Below, piece by piece: positions 26,722-40,366 of a stretch of DNA of 64,000 nucleotides. The notes beneath the pieces were generated by a model, which made no database searches, was not told where the DNA came from, and worked only from the letters and a program-made list of their open reading frames with translations. How positions within the stretch are numbered: position 1 is the first letter of the stretch; each line of letters begins with the position of its first letter. The DNA comes from Octopus vulgaris. Its lineage: Eukaryota. The position numbers were made by a program, and so were the translations under genes. The DNA is taken from contig OX597814.1 of NCBI GenBank assembly GCA_951406725.2, forward strand, positions 81,282,001 to 81,346,000. Reading direction: 5' to 3'.

Positions 26722-27702
26722 TATTCAAAACTGAGGCTTCCTGCAGTATTTATGTTTCATGTTTCCATTCTTTACAGCAATTATATTAACTTGTGCACAC
26801 ACAATAAATTTCTGTTACAAATTAGATTCTTATAATATATATTGGAAATTTTAATTTTTAAATCATTGTTTTTATTGTCTACATTATCATCACTATTTTC
26901 TTCTTTTTTTTTTTTATCCTCTTATTTTTGCCAGAGTTGGACAGGTCATTTCCAGCACAATGTCTTGTCATTTATTTCATTAGGTTCAGCCACCTAACAT
27001 CGTCTTTCACTACTTTTCCCATGTCTTTCTCAGCCTTCTTTTTCTACAAATTCATTCCACCATGATTATTTGGCATTTTCTTTACCAAACTATTCCCCTC
27101 TATACATATTAGTTGTCCATGCAAGTACAACCATCTCTTGTATGGATCAGTTGATTCCTCTTATACTCAGTACTTAAATTCAACATCCAAAGCAGCACAG
27201 TTACATTTCTAGATATAAACATTCAGATTAAAAGCAATACATACATTACATCACTTTACACAAAAGATACAAACAAATGCATATACCTACATGGTGTTAG
27301 CAAATGCCCAAAACTCGGAGGAGAGAGAAATCAATAAATACAGAAGCCTGTCAGTCATTGTCAAGATATCAGGTGTTCTACAACCCTATACTATCAATTT
27401 CCTCCACAAAATAGGAATAACAGCAGCTTGTTGGAGATATGAGCCCCATGAGGTGGAGTAGCTGTTGCAGCGAGTGTCACTGGCCATTCTCCAGTGCAAC
27501 ACCATTGCGGTCATTACCACAAGGTACAGCTGATCACACCATTTGCTCTGGGGTATGTGGCACATTGCCCCCATTCCCCTCCATCTTCTGCTGCTTTACC
27601 CCACTCCAATCTTTTTTATTTTTTTCCTTTTCTTTTCCTTTCTTATTTCTCTTTCCTGTCTTTTTGTATTTAAATGTTCTAATAAAAAAAAATCTTTAGA
27701 GC

Positions 27703-28058
27703 TTTCAGTCATTAGACTTTGGCCATGATGGGGCACCACCTTAAAGGGTTTTAGCTGGACAATTTGACTCCAGGATTTATTTATTTTTAAGTCTAGTTAT
27801 TACTCTATCAGTCTCTTGATGAACTGCTAAGTTACAGTGATGTAAACACACCAACACCAGTTGTTAAACGGTGGTAGGAGACAAGCACAGACACAAGACA
27901 CACACACACATACGTATATATATATATATAATACATATATACAATGGGCTTCTTTTAGTTTCCATCTATGAAATCTACTCACAAGGCTGTGGTTGGCCCA
28001 AGGCTATAGTAGAAGACACTTGCCCAAGGGGGCCACACAGTGGGACTGAACCCACAAC
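27703..28058 (-). mobile_element. SINE family A, 5'-truncated duplicate of 24102-24520
   Basis: Shares private variants with that copy and stops abruptly at cccacaac. Confidence 0.85.
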
Positions 28059-28059
28059 A

Positions 28060-28790
28060 TAACTACAAAATATCAGTGGTAAAAGTCACTATATTAGAGA
28101 GAATTTAGATTCTCTTCCACAAATGAAACACTAGATAAAGAAATCCACAGAATAAAACACTGAATCAAAACAAATATCCAAATAGGGTAGTAAACCAAGT
28201 TATTAATGAATATGGACAGAACTACAATCTAAGAAATAAATTCAACAATGCTCCAACTAAAAACATGCAGGTACAGAACAGACAAAGAAATAATCAAAAA
28301 TCTCAGAGAACAAAGCACAAAATTTGTCACATCTAACTGTAAGCAGACACTTGTGGTATATTGTAAAAATAATGAGATCAAAAGCCCTTTTATTAACATC
28401 ATGCTGCAGCATGTAAACCTGAGAACAAACTGAACATGACCTGTGTAACTGAGAAATTTTAATGGAAAAATTGAAGTTGCAAACTTCACAATTCCAAATG
28501 TTAGACTGACCAGATATGTACAATACTTTCTCATAGGCTAACTATCCAGTTAAAACATTAAAGAATTACAACACTGTTTTACATACCAGAAGACAAAACT
28601 TGATAGGAGAATATTAACAGAAAATACTTCGATAATTTATTGAATTCTCCACAGACTATGAAAGCAATACCAATATTGCAACACAAAACTACAGTTAACA
28701 TACAGCATACTGTACAAACACTTTCCAATACCCAAAGACTTCCACAGTCTCCAGTAATGCATTATAAACCACAGCCCATTTAGGCAACAA
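28060..28790 (+). mobile_element. Highly decayed Penelope-like 3' ORF remnant
   Basis: Frameshifted peptides LDKEIHRIK, LNQNKYPNRVVNQVINE, TLSHRLT-like and KAIPILQHKTTVNIQ resemble the Penelope thumb (..L..NGYP) and GIY-YIG end (EA..I....P.LN.Q). Confidence 0.55.
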
Positions 28791-29038
28791 GCATACAGAT
28801 TGTGACTTGTCTATCTATGAAATCTATTCTCTGGTGGTAAACGTCAGTAGTTACAAGTGATGGTCTCCCACTACATAGTTTGTCTTCAATACAGGTTTCT
28901 ATCTAGTAAATTCATCCACAAGGCTAGAGTTGAAGACACCAAAGGTGTCACACAGTAGGACTGAACCTAAAACTACATAGATTCAAAGTGAGATTCTTAA
29001 CAATACTGCAATGCTTGCACTTTATATATATATGTATG

Positions 29039-29101
<63 letters not shown>

Positions 29102-30189
29102 TAAACGCACACACAGATCAAATATGTATGTTAACTAGTTGAATGCTAGCCTTTTTGATTTCTCTCTTCATCAAATGTAGCTCTTATTTAAAGAAAAGTA
29201 AAAGTTCTCTGTTGAAGAGACTTGATTTTTTTAATGCATATTTTTTCCTCCTTTTTTCTGTTTTTATGTAAAGATATGCTTCTAAAGCATAATCAAATTC
29301 CTATGTTTTTTTCTTGACTCTTTTATCTTTATCTACAGGCTACACCAATTTCCTTTTATCACCCTTTCTCTCTCCCATTCACTTCTCTGCCACTCCTCAT
29401 CTTTCACTCACCTTTCACTTTACAGAAAACATTTTCGTCTCCCACCCTGCCATACTCCACTCCTGTCTCCACTTCTTTCCCTTTTTACAGTTGTTCTTCT
29501 GTAACACATACATACATATAACATCCATTTAAATATAATTTTGCATGTACATCTATATATGCAAATGATTACATACAATATGCGCACACACACACACACA
29601 CACATACACACACATAAATATAACTGATGGAATTAATGTTCTTGGCACTGTTTTATTAATTAAGCACATTTTATCACATTCATTATTATGCAAATTATAT
29701 GACCTCTGCATCATTTGATTAATTAAACATGTTATCACCACATGCACTGTTATGCAAATCAGATGATCCTGTTCAGCAACATTTAAGTTTGTATACATAA
29801 TAAATAGCTATAAGATTCTATATAGTACTGTTATATCAGTTACTCCAGTACAACATTCTCACATAGGTTTATTATGCATAAGCTTATCACAAAAAGCAGC
29901 AATTGCAACACCTCACCACACCACACAACACAGAACAAAGTAATTAATTAGACATTATGAGACAAAGCATCCATACTGTACAAAATTTCCCACAAAAGTA
30001 AATAATAATTGAAGCCTTGCTTATAACATGGCACAATGTTAAATAACTGCATAGAAAACATACACTTGTCATGTAGTAAGCACATGACTGATGTTGTTAG
30101 AAATCTAATGGACAAACTTCAAATTCCTATGATAATAACTACATGACATTTTTACACACACTAACAACACGTCACATTTTTAGGATGTG

Positions 30190-30252
<63 letters not shown>

Positions 30253-30284
30253 AATATGTATGTATGTGTGTGTGTATATATCTG

Positions 30285-30610
30285 AGAGTCCCTTTGGTCA
30301 CGACACAGACCATGGGATTGCATATAGAAAGTTACCCTCCCAGGCACAAGGTTGTTTATGGAAGACCAGCAGTCACCCATGCATACCAGCCTCCCCTCTC
30401 CATGTCACCAGTGTTATCCAAGGGAAAGGCAAGGGCTGGTACAGCTTGGCACCTGTGACGTCACAACTCATTTCTACAGCTGAGTGAACTGGAGCAACGT
30501 GAAATAAAGTGCCTTGCTCAAGAACACAACACACAGCCTGGTCCAGGATTTGAACTCACAACCTCATGATCATAAGCTCGACTCTCTAACCACTGAGCCA
30601 TGCACCTTCA
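30285..30610 (-). mobile_element. tRNA-derived SINE family C
   Basis: Minus strand ggctcagtggttagagagtcgag...gagttcaaatcc...gtgttcttgagcaaggcactttatttcac; the central part resembles a V-domain. Confidence 0.8.
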
Positions 30611-30632
30611 CATGTGTGTGTGTATATATATT

Positions 30633-30729
<97 letters not shown>

Positions 30730-30824
30730 ATATGTATATATAGACATGTACATGCATACACTTCAGACATGTGTACCCTTAACATAGTTCTCAGGGAGAT
30801 TTCATCATGGTACAGAGTGTGACA

Positions 30825-30992
30825 AGACTTGCCCATTGAATTACAGGTGCTACTCATTCTTTCCAGCTGAGTGAACAGGAGCAACAGAAAGTTAAGTGTC
30901 TTGCTCAAGAACACAGTGCACTGCTGGGAATTAAACTCACGACCTTAAGATTATGAGCCAAATACCCAAACCATTAGGCCACATGCCTTCAC
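30825..30992 (-). mobile_element. SINE family C-related short copy
   Basis: Shares gtgttcttgagcaagacacttaac and the tRNA-like head. Confidence 0.6.
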
Positions 30993-32939
30993 TGTACATG
31001 CACACACACACACACACACATATAGACACACACATACATACACACATGTTATGTATCTTTGCATATCTATAATATTTTGCCTGAATGCTTCTTGGAGCAC
31101 ATTTGTATGCACATGTTTACATGCACATATATCTCATATACTCAGGTGTGTGTATGCGTGCACATGTGTGTGTCCCTCTAGCTACTTCCATCTGTATTCT
31201 TTAACACGGTCACTCCTAACAACACACAAACACACATACTCAACCAATATACACTTACACATACACCACACATCATTCAAAATTATTCTCTTTCCCATTG
31301 TTTTATTTTCAGATTTAGCTAAATTGGAGCCAAATTTTTCTTGGCAATTTACTCCATTATATTTATTCCTGAAATGGTTTATTGTGCAAGTGCAGCTAGT
31401 GTGCAAGTGTTGGCACTCTGTTTGAGTGCATGTGCAGAATCTATTTTGTGCATCTCTATTTGCCACCCAATCCCATCTGACCTATCCTTCCACCCACATG
31501 CTTACTTTCTCTTTCTCTCTCTCTAATTTTCAAACCCCCTGCTCTCTGCTCCTCTCTTACTCTCTTTATTCTCTTTTTATCACCTTGTCCCCCACCTCTC
31601 TCTCTCTATCTATCTATATCTCTCTGCCATCTGCATGTATAATTTTCATTTTATCCTTTATTTATCGTTCTTCTCTTGGACTGTGCAAATAAAATCTGGA
31701 AAGCAAGCCAAAATTATTGGGTGGAGGGAGGGGCAGTGAAAAGGCCAATGATGATGAGGATGATGATGATCATCATCAGTGATCATCTTAGATGTTGTTG
31801 TTATTACCTCTGTTATCCACTTTTATCATCATTTATTGCCATCCTCAGCATCATCCCTCATTATCATAGCTTTCAAAGCCATTGAGTGAATTTCTACATG
31901 GTTGTTTATAATGCTTGAAATAGTGACTAAATCTGTCTCATATTATACCCTAATGTGATCATTGGATAACATGGTCCTGGATTTTCTGCACATAGGAAAA
32001 TGTCAAGATGGTCATGGATGGAATGCCTTTGGTCATTCATCTGTTCAGAGTTAGCCAGCAAAAAACTAAACAATAAAATGTTCGCTTTCATCATTCTTAT
32101 CCTAATTCAGTGGCATAGCAAAAGTTCATACAGACAAAAGACACCTTTGACTCTCCAACCATGACAGACCAGAAGAAGCTTTTGCTCCTCTTCACACCTG
32201 CACCCAGGAACAGCTGTCTTCACCAAACAACTGTCTCCACCAACCAACTGTCTCCACCTTACTTTGTTTCCTTATGCAATACCTCTGTCCTGGTTATCAT
32301 CTAGCCTAAAATACTTCCTGATTAGCTGTTGAGAACACTGATAGATTTCCCTTTGTTGCTAGTATTCTTCATTTTAAATGATCATCAATTACAACAATAC
32401 TACTAATCTGGTATGACCTGCAATTATCATATCTGATGCCTTTTCCTTCCGTCACTAACTGATAAAAGACTAAAAAAACAGTCTTCATGTTAATATTTCA
32501 TTTGATACAAACTCCTTATTCACCTACCAATGAAATAGAAAGGAAAAAATTCTGTTGTATGGCTAAGACATTCTCTTCACAATAATGTAGTTTGGGGTTT
32601 AGTCCCACTGTGTGTGGACCGAGTGAACCTGATACCAATACTATCTACAATAGTCTTGTGTTAATCAATGTTTTGGGAGTAAAATTTGGAAGACAAAACT
32701 GTACAGAAGCCATCATGTGTGTGTTTATGTGCATGCATCTCTATGTTCATGTCCCATAACTTAGCAACTCACCAAACAGAGGTTGATAAAATAAGTGATA
32801 GACTTAAAAATAAGGACTGGAGTCAATATAATAATCCAAAACCCCAGCACACAGAACTGGAATCAATAGCTCAAGTCATCTCATTTTACAATCTAACAAC
32901 TTCACCCTTTTCCATATATATATATATATAAAGAGTGTG

Positions 32940-33235
32940 AAGGTGCATGACTCAGTGATTAAAACATCAGGCTCACAATCATGTGGTAGTGAGTTCGATT
33001 CCCAGACTGGGCTGTGTATTGTGTTCTTAAGCAAAACACTTTATTTCCCATTACAACATCACTAGTGCCAATCTGTATCAGCCTTTGCCTTTCCTTTGAA
33101 TATCATCAGTAGTGTGGAGAGGAGAGGCTGGTATGCATGGGTGACTGCTGGTCTTCCATAAACAATCTTGCCTAGAGGGTAACTTTCTAGGTGGAATCCC
33201 ATGGTCATTCATGACCGAAGGGAGTCTTTACCCTA
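32940..33235 (+). mobile_element. SINE family C
   Basis: Inverted relative to 30285-30610 and 35518-35827. Confidence 0.75.
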
Positions 33236-33254
33236 TATTTAAAGACAAGGATCA

Positions 33255-33465
33255 AATATTGGTTTCAACAGTTGGTACAAGGCCAGCAGTTTTGGGGAAA
33301 GGACTAAGTCAATTAAATCAACCACAGTGCTCAGTTGGTGCTTATTTCATCAACCCTGAAAGGATGAAAAGCAAAGTCAACCATGACAGAATTTGAACTC
33401 TGAACATAAAGGCAAATGAAATATTGCTAAGCATTTCACCCAGCATGCTAATGTTTCTGCCAAAC
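33255..33465 (-). mobile_element. SINE family B
   Basis: Reverse complement of family B. Confidence 0.7.
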
Positions 33466-34143
33466 ACACACCTACCAAGCTTTCACCCATGCCCCAATCT
33501 GTAACTACCAAAATCCTACCAACTGCCTACTGGGAGTACCCTGCCTTTTGAAGGCTGTAGTCTATAAAACCACCCTCACACCCTAGTAGCTTATTTAGAA
33601 AACAAATAAGGATTAGTGATAGGAACAGCATCTGAACATAGAAAATCTACCTCAACAAGTTTTGTCTAACTCATGCCAGTTTTGAAAAACGAATGTGAAA
33701 CCAAAAGAAATGAATAATTGTAAAGCTGTTTGTTTCCCCTTATTGCTTTTCTCTGTGTGGGAGGAAGGGTGCCTAAATCTGTCTGTTTAGAAGAAATGAA
33801 AGATGAATGACTAAATTTAATCTAAGATTTAATTTAGAAAAATCAAAATGAAACAAAAACACAAATTGATAAAAAATGTAACTTAACAACAAATACAAAT
33901 AAACAAGAGCACAGTCATTATTGAATCTGATAACAGATCAATAAAAAACTACAGAAAACATCAGGTTTAAAAAGAGAAAACGAAAAGAAAAATCAAAAGA
34001 AATTGAAGAAACAGAAGAACATGATTACAATGTGACAAAGCTTCCAAGATGAAGATATAAACAGTTACAAAAAGCTATTAAAAAAATTAAAAAGAAACAG
34101 ACATAAAAATTATAATGACAAGGGTAAAAATATATGATATATA

Positions 34144-35365
34144 CCATCATCATCATTTAACGTCCACTTTCCATGCTGGCATGGGTTGGATGGTTTGACT
34201 GAAAACTGGTAAGCTGGGCGGGGGGCTGCACCAGGTTCCAATCTGATTTGGCTAGATTTCTATGGCTGGATACCCTTCCTAATGCCAACCACTCTGAGAG
34301 TGTAGTGGGTGTTTTTTCCTGCCGCTGGCATGGGTGCCAATGACCTGACACCAGCATCAGCCACAACTATGGTCTCACTTGGTTTTATAGGTCTATACAA
34401 GCACAGTATATTGCCAAAGGTCTTGTTCATCTGTCACTGCCTTCATGAGGCCCACCACTCAAATGGTGCTCTTAACGTGCCACCAGTACAGGTGCCCATC
34501 AAACGGCACTGGCATCAGCCATGACTATGATTTCACTCGGTTTGACAGATCTTCACAAGCACAGCATATTGCCCAACTATTGAAGAGTGCTTTCAATGGG
34601 CTAGTTATGCAACACTGGCATCAGCCACAACTACAGTCTCACTTGGCTTGATGTCACTGCTTCCATGAGGCCCAATGTTCAAATGGTGCCTTTTACATAC
34701 CAACAGCATGGGTGCCAATCAGATGGCACTGGCATCAGCTACAACTACAATTTCACTTGGTTCAACAAGTTCACAAGCACAGTATATTGCTCAACAATTG
34801 AAGGGTGCTTTTAACAGGCCAGTTACATGACACCAGCACCAGCCACAACTACTATCTCACTTGGCTTGAAGAGTCTTCTCAAGCACAGCATATCTCCAAA
34901 GATCTCTGTTGCTTGTCATTGCCTCTGCACGCCCCAACATTTGAAGATTGTGCTTCACTACCTCATCCCATGTCTTCCTGGGTCTACCTCTTCCACAGGT
35001 TCCCTTCACCATTTAGAGTGTGACACTTCTTCACACAGCTGTCCTCATTCATACGTATCACATGACCATACCAGCACAGTTATCTCTCTTGCACACCACA
35101 TCTGATGCTTCCTATCTCCAACTGCTCTCTTAGGATGCTTACATTCTGTCATGCCTACACACTGACATTACACATCCAGTGAAGTATACTAGCTTCATTT
35201 CTTACAAGCTTATGCATGTTCTCAGTAATCACAGCCCATGTTTCACTGCTGTGTAGCACGGTTGTTCACACACAGGCATCATACAGTCTGCCATTCACTC
35301 CGAGCAAGAAACCCTTTGTTACCAGCAGAAGAAGAAGCTCTCTGAACTTTTCCCAACCTATTTTA
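34144..35365 (-). mobile_element. RTE LINE 3' fragment: RT C-terminus, repetitive 3' UTR and (TGA)n tail
   Basis: Minus strand encodes IGWEKFRELL...GRLYDACV*TTVLHSSETWAV...EASILHWMCNVS, typical of the RTE C-terminus. Confidence 0.85.
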
Positions 35366-35517
35366 GACCTTTTAATTGGCCAAAGAATGATAAGTTATTC
35401 TTTGGTCAATTATTCAGAAGCCTCTTTGCCAATCCAAGTGTATATCAAATAAGTATGTTATAATCCTCACAGAATGAATAGCAAAAATATTGGGAGAAAG
35501 TTTATACAAATAATCCC

Positions 35518-35827
35518 ATGAATGACCATGGGATTCCACCTAGAAAGCTCTCCTCCAAGGCACAAGTCCAGGCAAGGTTGCTTATTGAAGACCAACAGTC
35601 ACCCATGCATACCAGCCTCCCTTCTCCACACCACCAATGTTATCCAAGGAAAAGGCAAAAGCCAATACAGCTTTGCACCAGTGATGTCGCAACTCATTTT
35701 TACAGCTGAGTGAAGTGGAGCAGCATGAAATAAAGTGTCTTGCTCAAGAACACAGCATACAGCCCAGTCTGAGAATCAAATCCACTACCTCATGATTGTG
35801 AGCCCAACACTCTAACCACTGAGCCAT
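35518..35827 (-). mobile_element. SINE family C
   Basis: Colinear with 30285-30610. Confidence 0.8.
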
Positions 35828-35849
35828 ATATATATATATATATATGCAG

Positions 35850-37828
35850 CTGGTGCAAAGTCCCATCCAAACCTAGTGTGACATGGTGGGGGAACAACGC
35901 TGTAGACAAGGCCATTAGAGCAAAGAAACTAGCCTGGAAGGCCTGGAAGAGTTGGGGTAGCAGGAAACTGTATCAAATAGCCAGAAGGGAAGCTAAGGGA
36001 CAGGTATAGATACCCAAGGGAGAAGCAGAAAAGAAGTATTTTGCCTATGTTCAATGACATGAGGACTAAAGAACTGAAGTGTTTTGGATTGCAAGACAGT
36101 ATCTGAGAGAAAATTGTGATGTCATAGGAGAGAAATGTGTCTACATGGATAATGGTGCACTTGCATTTAATGATTCTGCAAAGAGAGAGGCTTGGAAATG
36201 TCATTATGAAAGACTGCTGAACATGGAGAGTGAATGGGAGGAGGAGAATCTGCCAAATGTTGACCCAAATGAGGAACTAGCTGCGCAAATCTATGGTATC
36301 TTGGTATATAAAGTGATTAAGGATATGAAGAGAGGGAAAGCCCCCAACCCTTCAAGAATCACTGCTGAGATGCTTAAAATATGGTCTAGTCATCTGTATT
36401 GTAAATCAGGTGGTTCATGAAGGAGCCATACCCAGTAAGTGGTGTAGCAGTACCTTGGTCAACTGCTACAAAGGTAAAGGAGATGTCTTAGATAGAAATA
36501 ATTACAGAGGTATCAAATTGTTGGATCAGGTGATGAAAGTTATGAAGAGATTCATAGCCCAACTAATTAGAGAGAGAGAGTTAGTCCAGATGAGATGTAA
36601 TTTGGTTTTGTGCAAGGAGAAGCACCACTTATGCTATATTTCTGGTAAGGCACCTGCAGGAGAAACACCTAGCCAGAAATAAACCTCTGTACTTGGCTTT
36701 TGTTGACTTGGAAAAAGCCTTTGTACAGGGACACTACCAGTAAGGTGAGGGTTGGCAACAAATACAGCAAAGAATTCAGGGTACAAGTAGGGGTTCACCA
36801 AGGATCAGTGCTCACACCCTGCTCCTTGTTCATCATAGTCTTCCAGGCAATAACAGAGAAATTTGAGACAGGCTACTTCTGGGAACTCCTCTATGCTGTT
36901 GACCTTGTTCTTATTACTGAATCACTACCAGAACTAGAGAAGTGCCAGGTATGGAAGCAAAGTCTATAATTGAAGGGCCTTAGAGTTAACCTAGCAAGAA
37001 CCAAAGTCTTAGTAAGTAGGAAGGCAGACAAATCACAAATCCCTTCAGGTAGAGGGCCCTGCTCAATCTGTAGAAAAGGTGTAGCTAGAAGCTCCATAAG
37101 ATGCATCAGGTGTAAGCTTTGGACACATAAAAGGTGCAGCAATATCAGAGAAAAGTTAACAGGGAAAATAGCTTTTGTATGTAGAAGGTGCACTGGTACA
37201 ATAAACACTGAAAATGTACAGAAAATAAACTCCAACTGCCAGTGGGGTAAGCTAGAAGTAGTAAATTGCTTCTGTTATCTAGGTGACCAAGTTAGTAGTG
37301 GACGTGAATGCTCCAAGACCATAGCTGTAAGAATAAGAATAGGCTGGGCAAAGTTCAGAGAACTCCTGCCTTTTCTGGCAATAAAGAACCTCTCCCTCAG
37401 AGACAATGACTAGTGACCAAAACTTTTGGCAATATGCTGTGTTTGAGAAGGCCTGTCAAGCCAAGTGAAATCATAGTTGTGGTTGATGATGCTGTTACAT
37501 AACTGGCACGTAAAAAGCACCTTTCGAGTGCTGGGCCTGATGGAGGCAATGACCAAGACCTTTGGCATAATGTCGTGCTTCAGAAGAAGACACATCAAGC
37601 CGAGAAAAATCACAGTCGTGGCAGATACTGGTGTCACACAAATGGCACCAATGCTGAGGGCATGTAAAAGCACCCATTACACTCTCTGAGTGGTTCACGT
37701 TAGGAATGGCTTTCAGCTGTAGAAACATGGCAAATCAAACTGGAGTCTGGTGCAGTCTTCCAGCTTGCCAGCCCCAGTCAAACCATCCAGCCCATGCCAG
37801 CATGGAGAACGGACGTTAAATGATGAGG

Positions 37829-37830
<2 letters not shown>
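35850..37830 (+). mobile_element. Decayed RTE-clade LINE with RT, Cys-rich insert and 3' UTR
   Basis: Frameshifted ORFs carry YKGKGD...NYRGIKLL, VGVHQGSVL, WELLYAVDL (YADD), GLRVNLARTKVL, YLGD and RIRIGWAKFREL; ends in ttaaatgatgag. Confidence 0.92.
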
Positions 37831-37863
<33 letters not shown>

Positions 37864-37964
37864 AATATATAGTTCAGATGTACAAAAAACAAAAGACAGA
37901 CAGGTGAAGGAGCAACAAACAAAATGTATTGGTTTGACATTCAGGTAAAATGTAAATATATATG

Positions 37965-38001
<37 letters not shown>

Positions 38002-39114
38002 CTGATGTATATATATAGCTGATATATATAGTTGATATATGTTAAGTTTGCCATAAGGTGGTGAAAATCTCTAAATGTTTCTAGTTAAGACAGAGCCCTT
38101 TATTTAGATAAAATATTTGGGGTTCTCCCACTGTCTGAGGTTTTGAAATTCTCTCTTTCTCATTCTTTAATTATCTCTTTTTCTTCTCTCTATTTTTTCC
38201 TACTTATTTTACTGATTTCTTTACTTATTTTATTGATTTCTACCATCTCAGAACATCCACTCTTAGTTAATCTTACTGAATTATTATTGTTCTTGTTGTT
38301 GTTCCTCTCAAGACAGGTCCTGGTTGAACACACATGATCAGTCATATTCAAGCTGTGACCATCTGATTTATTTTGTTTTTGCTTCCTCAGACAGTGGAAT
38401 TACCACATTATCTTCCTTTCTGTTGTTACTCCTTTTAACCAAATTAATGTCAACCTTCCCAGTACTGCTTCTATTAAAGATCTCAAACCTTGCCAATTTG
38501 TTCATTGAAGATAGTAAATTGAGTAGAATCAAGAGATCATCAGACAGAATGCTAAACAGTATTCATTCTGGCTCTCTGCACCCTGGTTTCAAATCCCACA
38601 GAAGTCAACTTTGCCTTTCATTATTTTTGGGTCATTAAGTAAAGTAGTAATTCAGTGCTAAAGTCTTCCAGTCTTTTCTTTCCCTTTTTCTCCCACCAAC
38701 TCTTTTTTTTCTCCCCTCACTCTCTCTCAAAGACATTGGCTGTGGTCAGGTCTGAAAAGAGATGTGCTTTGCCAAGTTTAAATACTTAAAACACACTGTA
38801 TGTTACAACAATACCTCTGTGACTATCAGGAGTTGAAGAGGCAAGACAAGAAGCTATTATACAACAGATAGTATTAGATTTCAATCAATAAAACATTTGT
38901 CTTTTATTATTAAGTTAAAAGTTAATTGTTTCACCAAACATCTCATTAATCTTGATTATTTTGAAAATTAAAACACGAAGTCAACATATACTTGTTAAAA
39001 ATGTAATCATAAAAGTGCTGAGACAGTTGACTTTGATTTGAGGGATATTTGGTTGCTATTACTCATAGACTGAGTGAGAACATAGATTATATTTTATATA
39101 AATCATTAGCAGCA

Positions 39115-39270
39115 GCATTTAACATCCATTTATCATGTTTACATGGGTTAGACAGCTTGACAGGGGCTGCACCAGGTTCCATAGTTTGCTTTGACTTGAT
39201 TTCTTCAGCCTGATGCCCTTCCTAATGCCAACCACTTTACAGAGTGTACCTGGGTGCTTTTTATGTGGCA
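39115..39270 (-). mobile_element. RTE 3' end fragment
   Basis: tttaacatcc...gatgcccttcctaatgccaaccact, as in other RTE tails. Confidence 0.65.
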
Positions 39271-40271
39271 TAAGTTGAAGCTAGATTGTGAAGGAGATAA
39301 GTCATATTTTTTATGGGTTGGGATTTTATAATTTTGATCTTTGGTTATTTAGGAGAGAAATAATAAAGCAGGAAACCATTTTTGTTTGATTTTGAAAGCA
39401 GAGACAAATAAGTTGTTGTTTAGCTCCCACCAGTATGCCCTGATCCAGAAGATCTATCATTGAAGGTGTTCCAACTGTGAAAACAATCCCTTTTTTCTTT
39501 AATAGGGCTATTCCATCCAGTGTGTTTCTCTATTTTTTTAAGATGGTGAACTGTGATTTGAGGGAGATATGATTGTTATTTCTAGCAGGTCCACCTAGGG
39601 TCTCCCGCATTGACTCATATATGCTCATGATGAATATGGTTAAGTAGTGATAATAATACTAGAAGCAATAGTAATGATGATAATAATGATGATGACAGTC
39701 ATGATGGGGGGTGGAGTGGTGTTGGCAAGCAGTAGTGGCAGCAATAGTAGTGAACTGATGATCGGTACAACACCAACAGCTTCATTAAACATAATCGCTT
39801 TCATTATAATGGAGTTGACTGGCACTCAGAGAATCACCGAGGCAATTATGATGATGTTAATGGTGGTTGTGATGCTGGTGCTGGTGAATTGTACCAAGTG
39901 CCACTTTCGGCTGTTTACTAGCACTGCACTCGTGCTGCAACCCAAGTTAATGGGTTAAAAAAAGAAATTCTGCTTTTAACCTAATCACCCAAACCCATTG
40001 CCATCATCACCACCAAAAACAGTAAGAAATATGTGTTTGCGTGCACTCGTGTGTGACTGGAGCATGTTAATACTATTGATTTAAGTATCATAATACTGCA
40101 AAAGAAAAAGCTAAATTACATATGTCTGAGTGGTTAAGCTCATATTTTGCAAACCATGGTTTCAGGTTCAGTCCCATCGCATCGTACCTTGGTCAAGTGT
40201 CTTCTACTGTAGCCCCAGGTTACCCAATATCTTGCAACTGAATTTAGTAGACAGAAACCATGGAAGCCCAT

Positions 40272-40314
<43 letters not shown>

Positions 40315-40366
40315 CGTTTTGGGATTTGGTTTGCAAGATTCTTTATGTGAGTTCGTGTGTTGAAGC

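Noticed and set aside
31313-31425. Acceptor-like site followed by an open phase-1 frame
   Set aside because: No convincing donor and no informative peptide.
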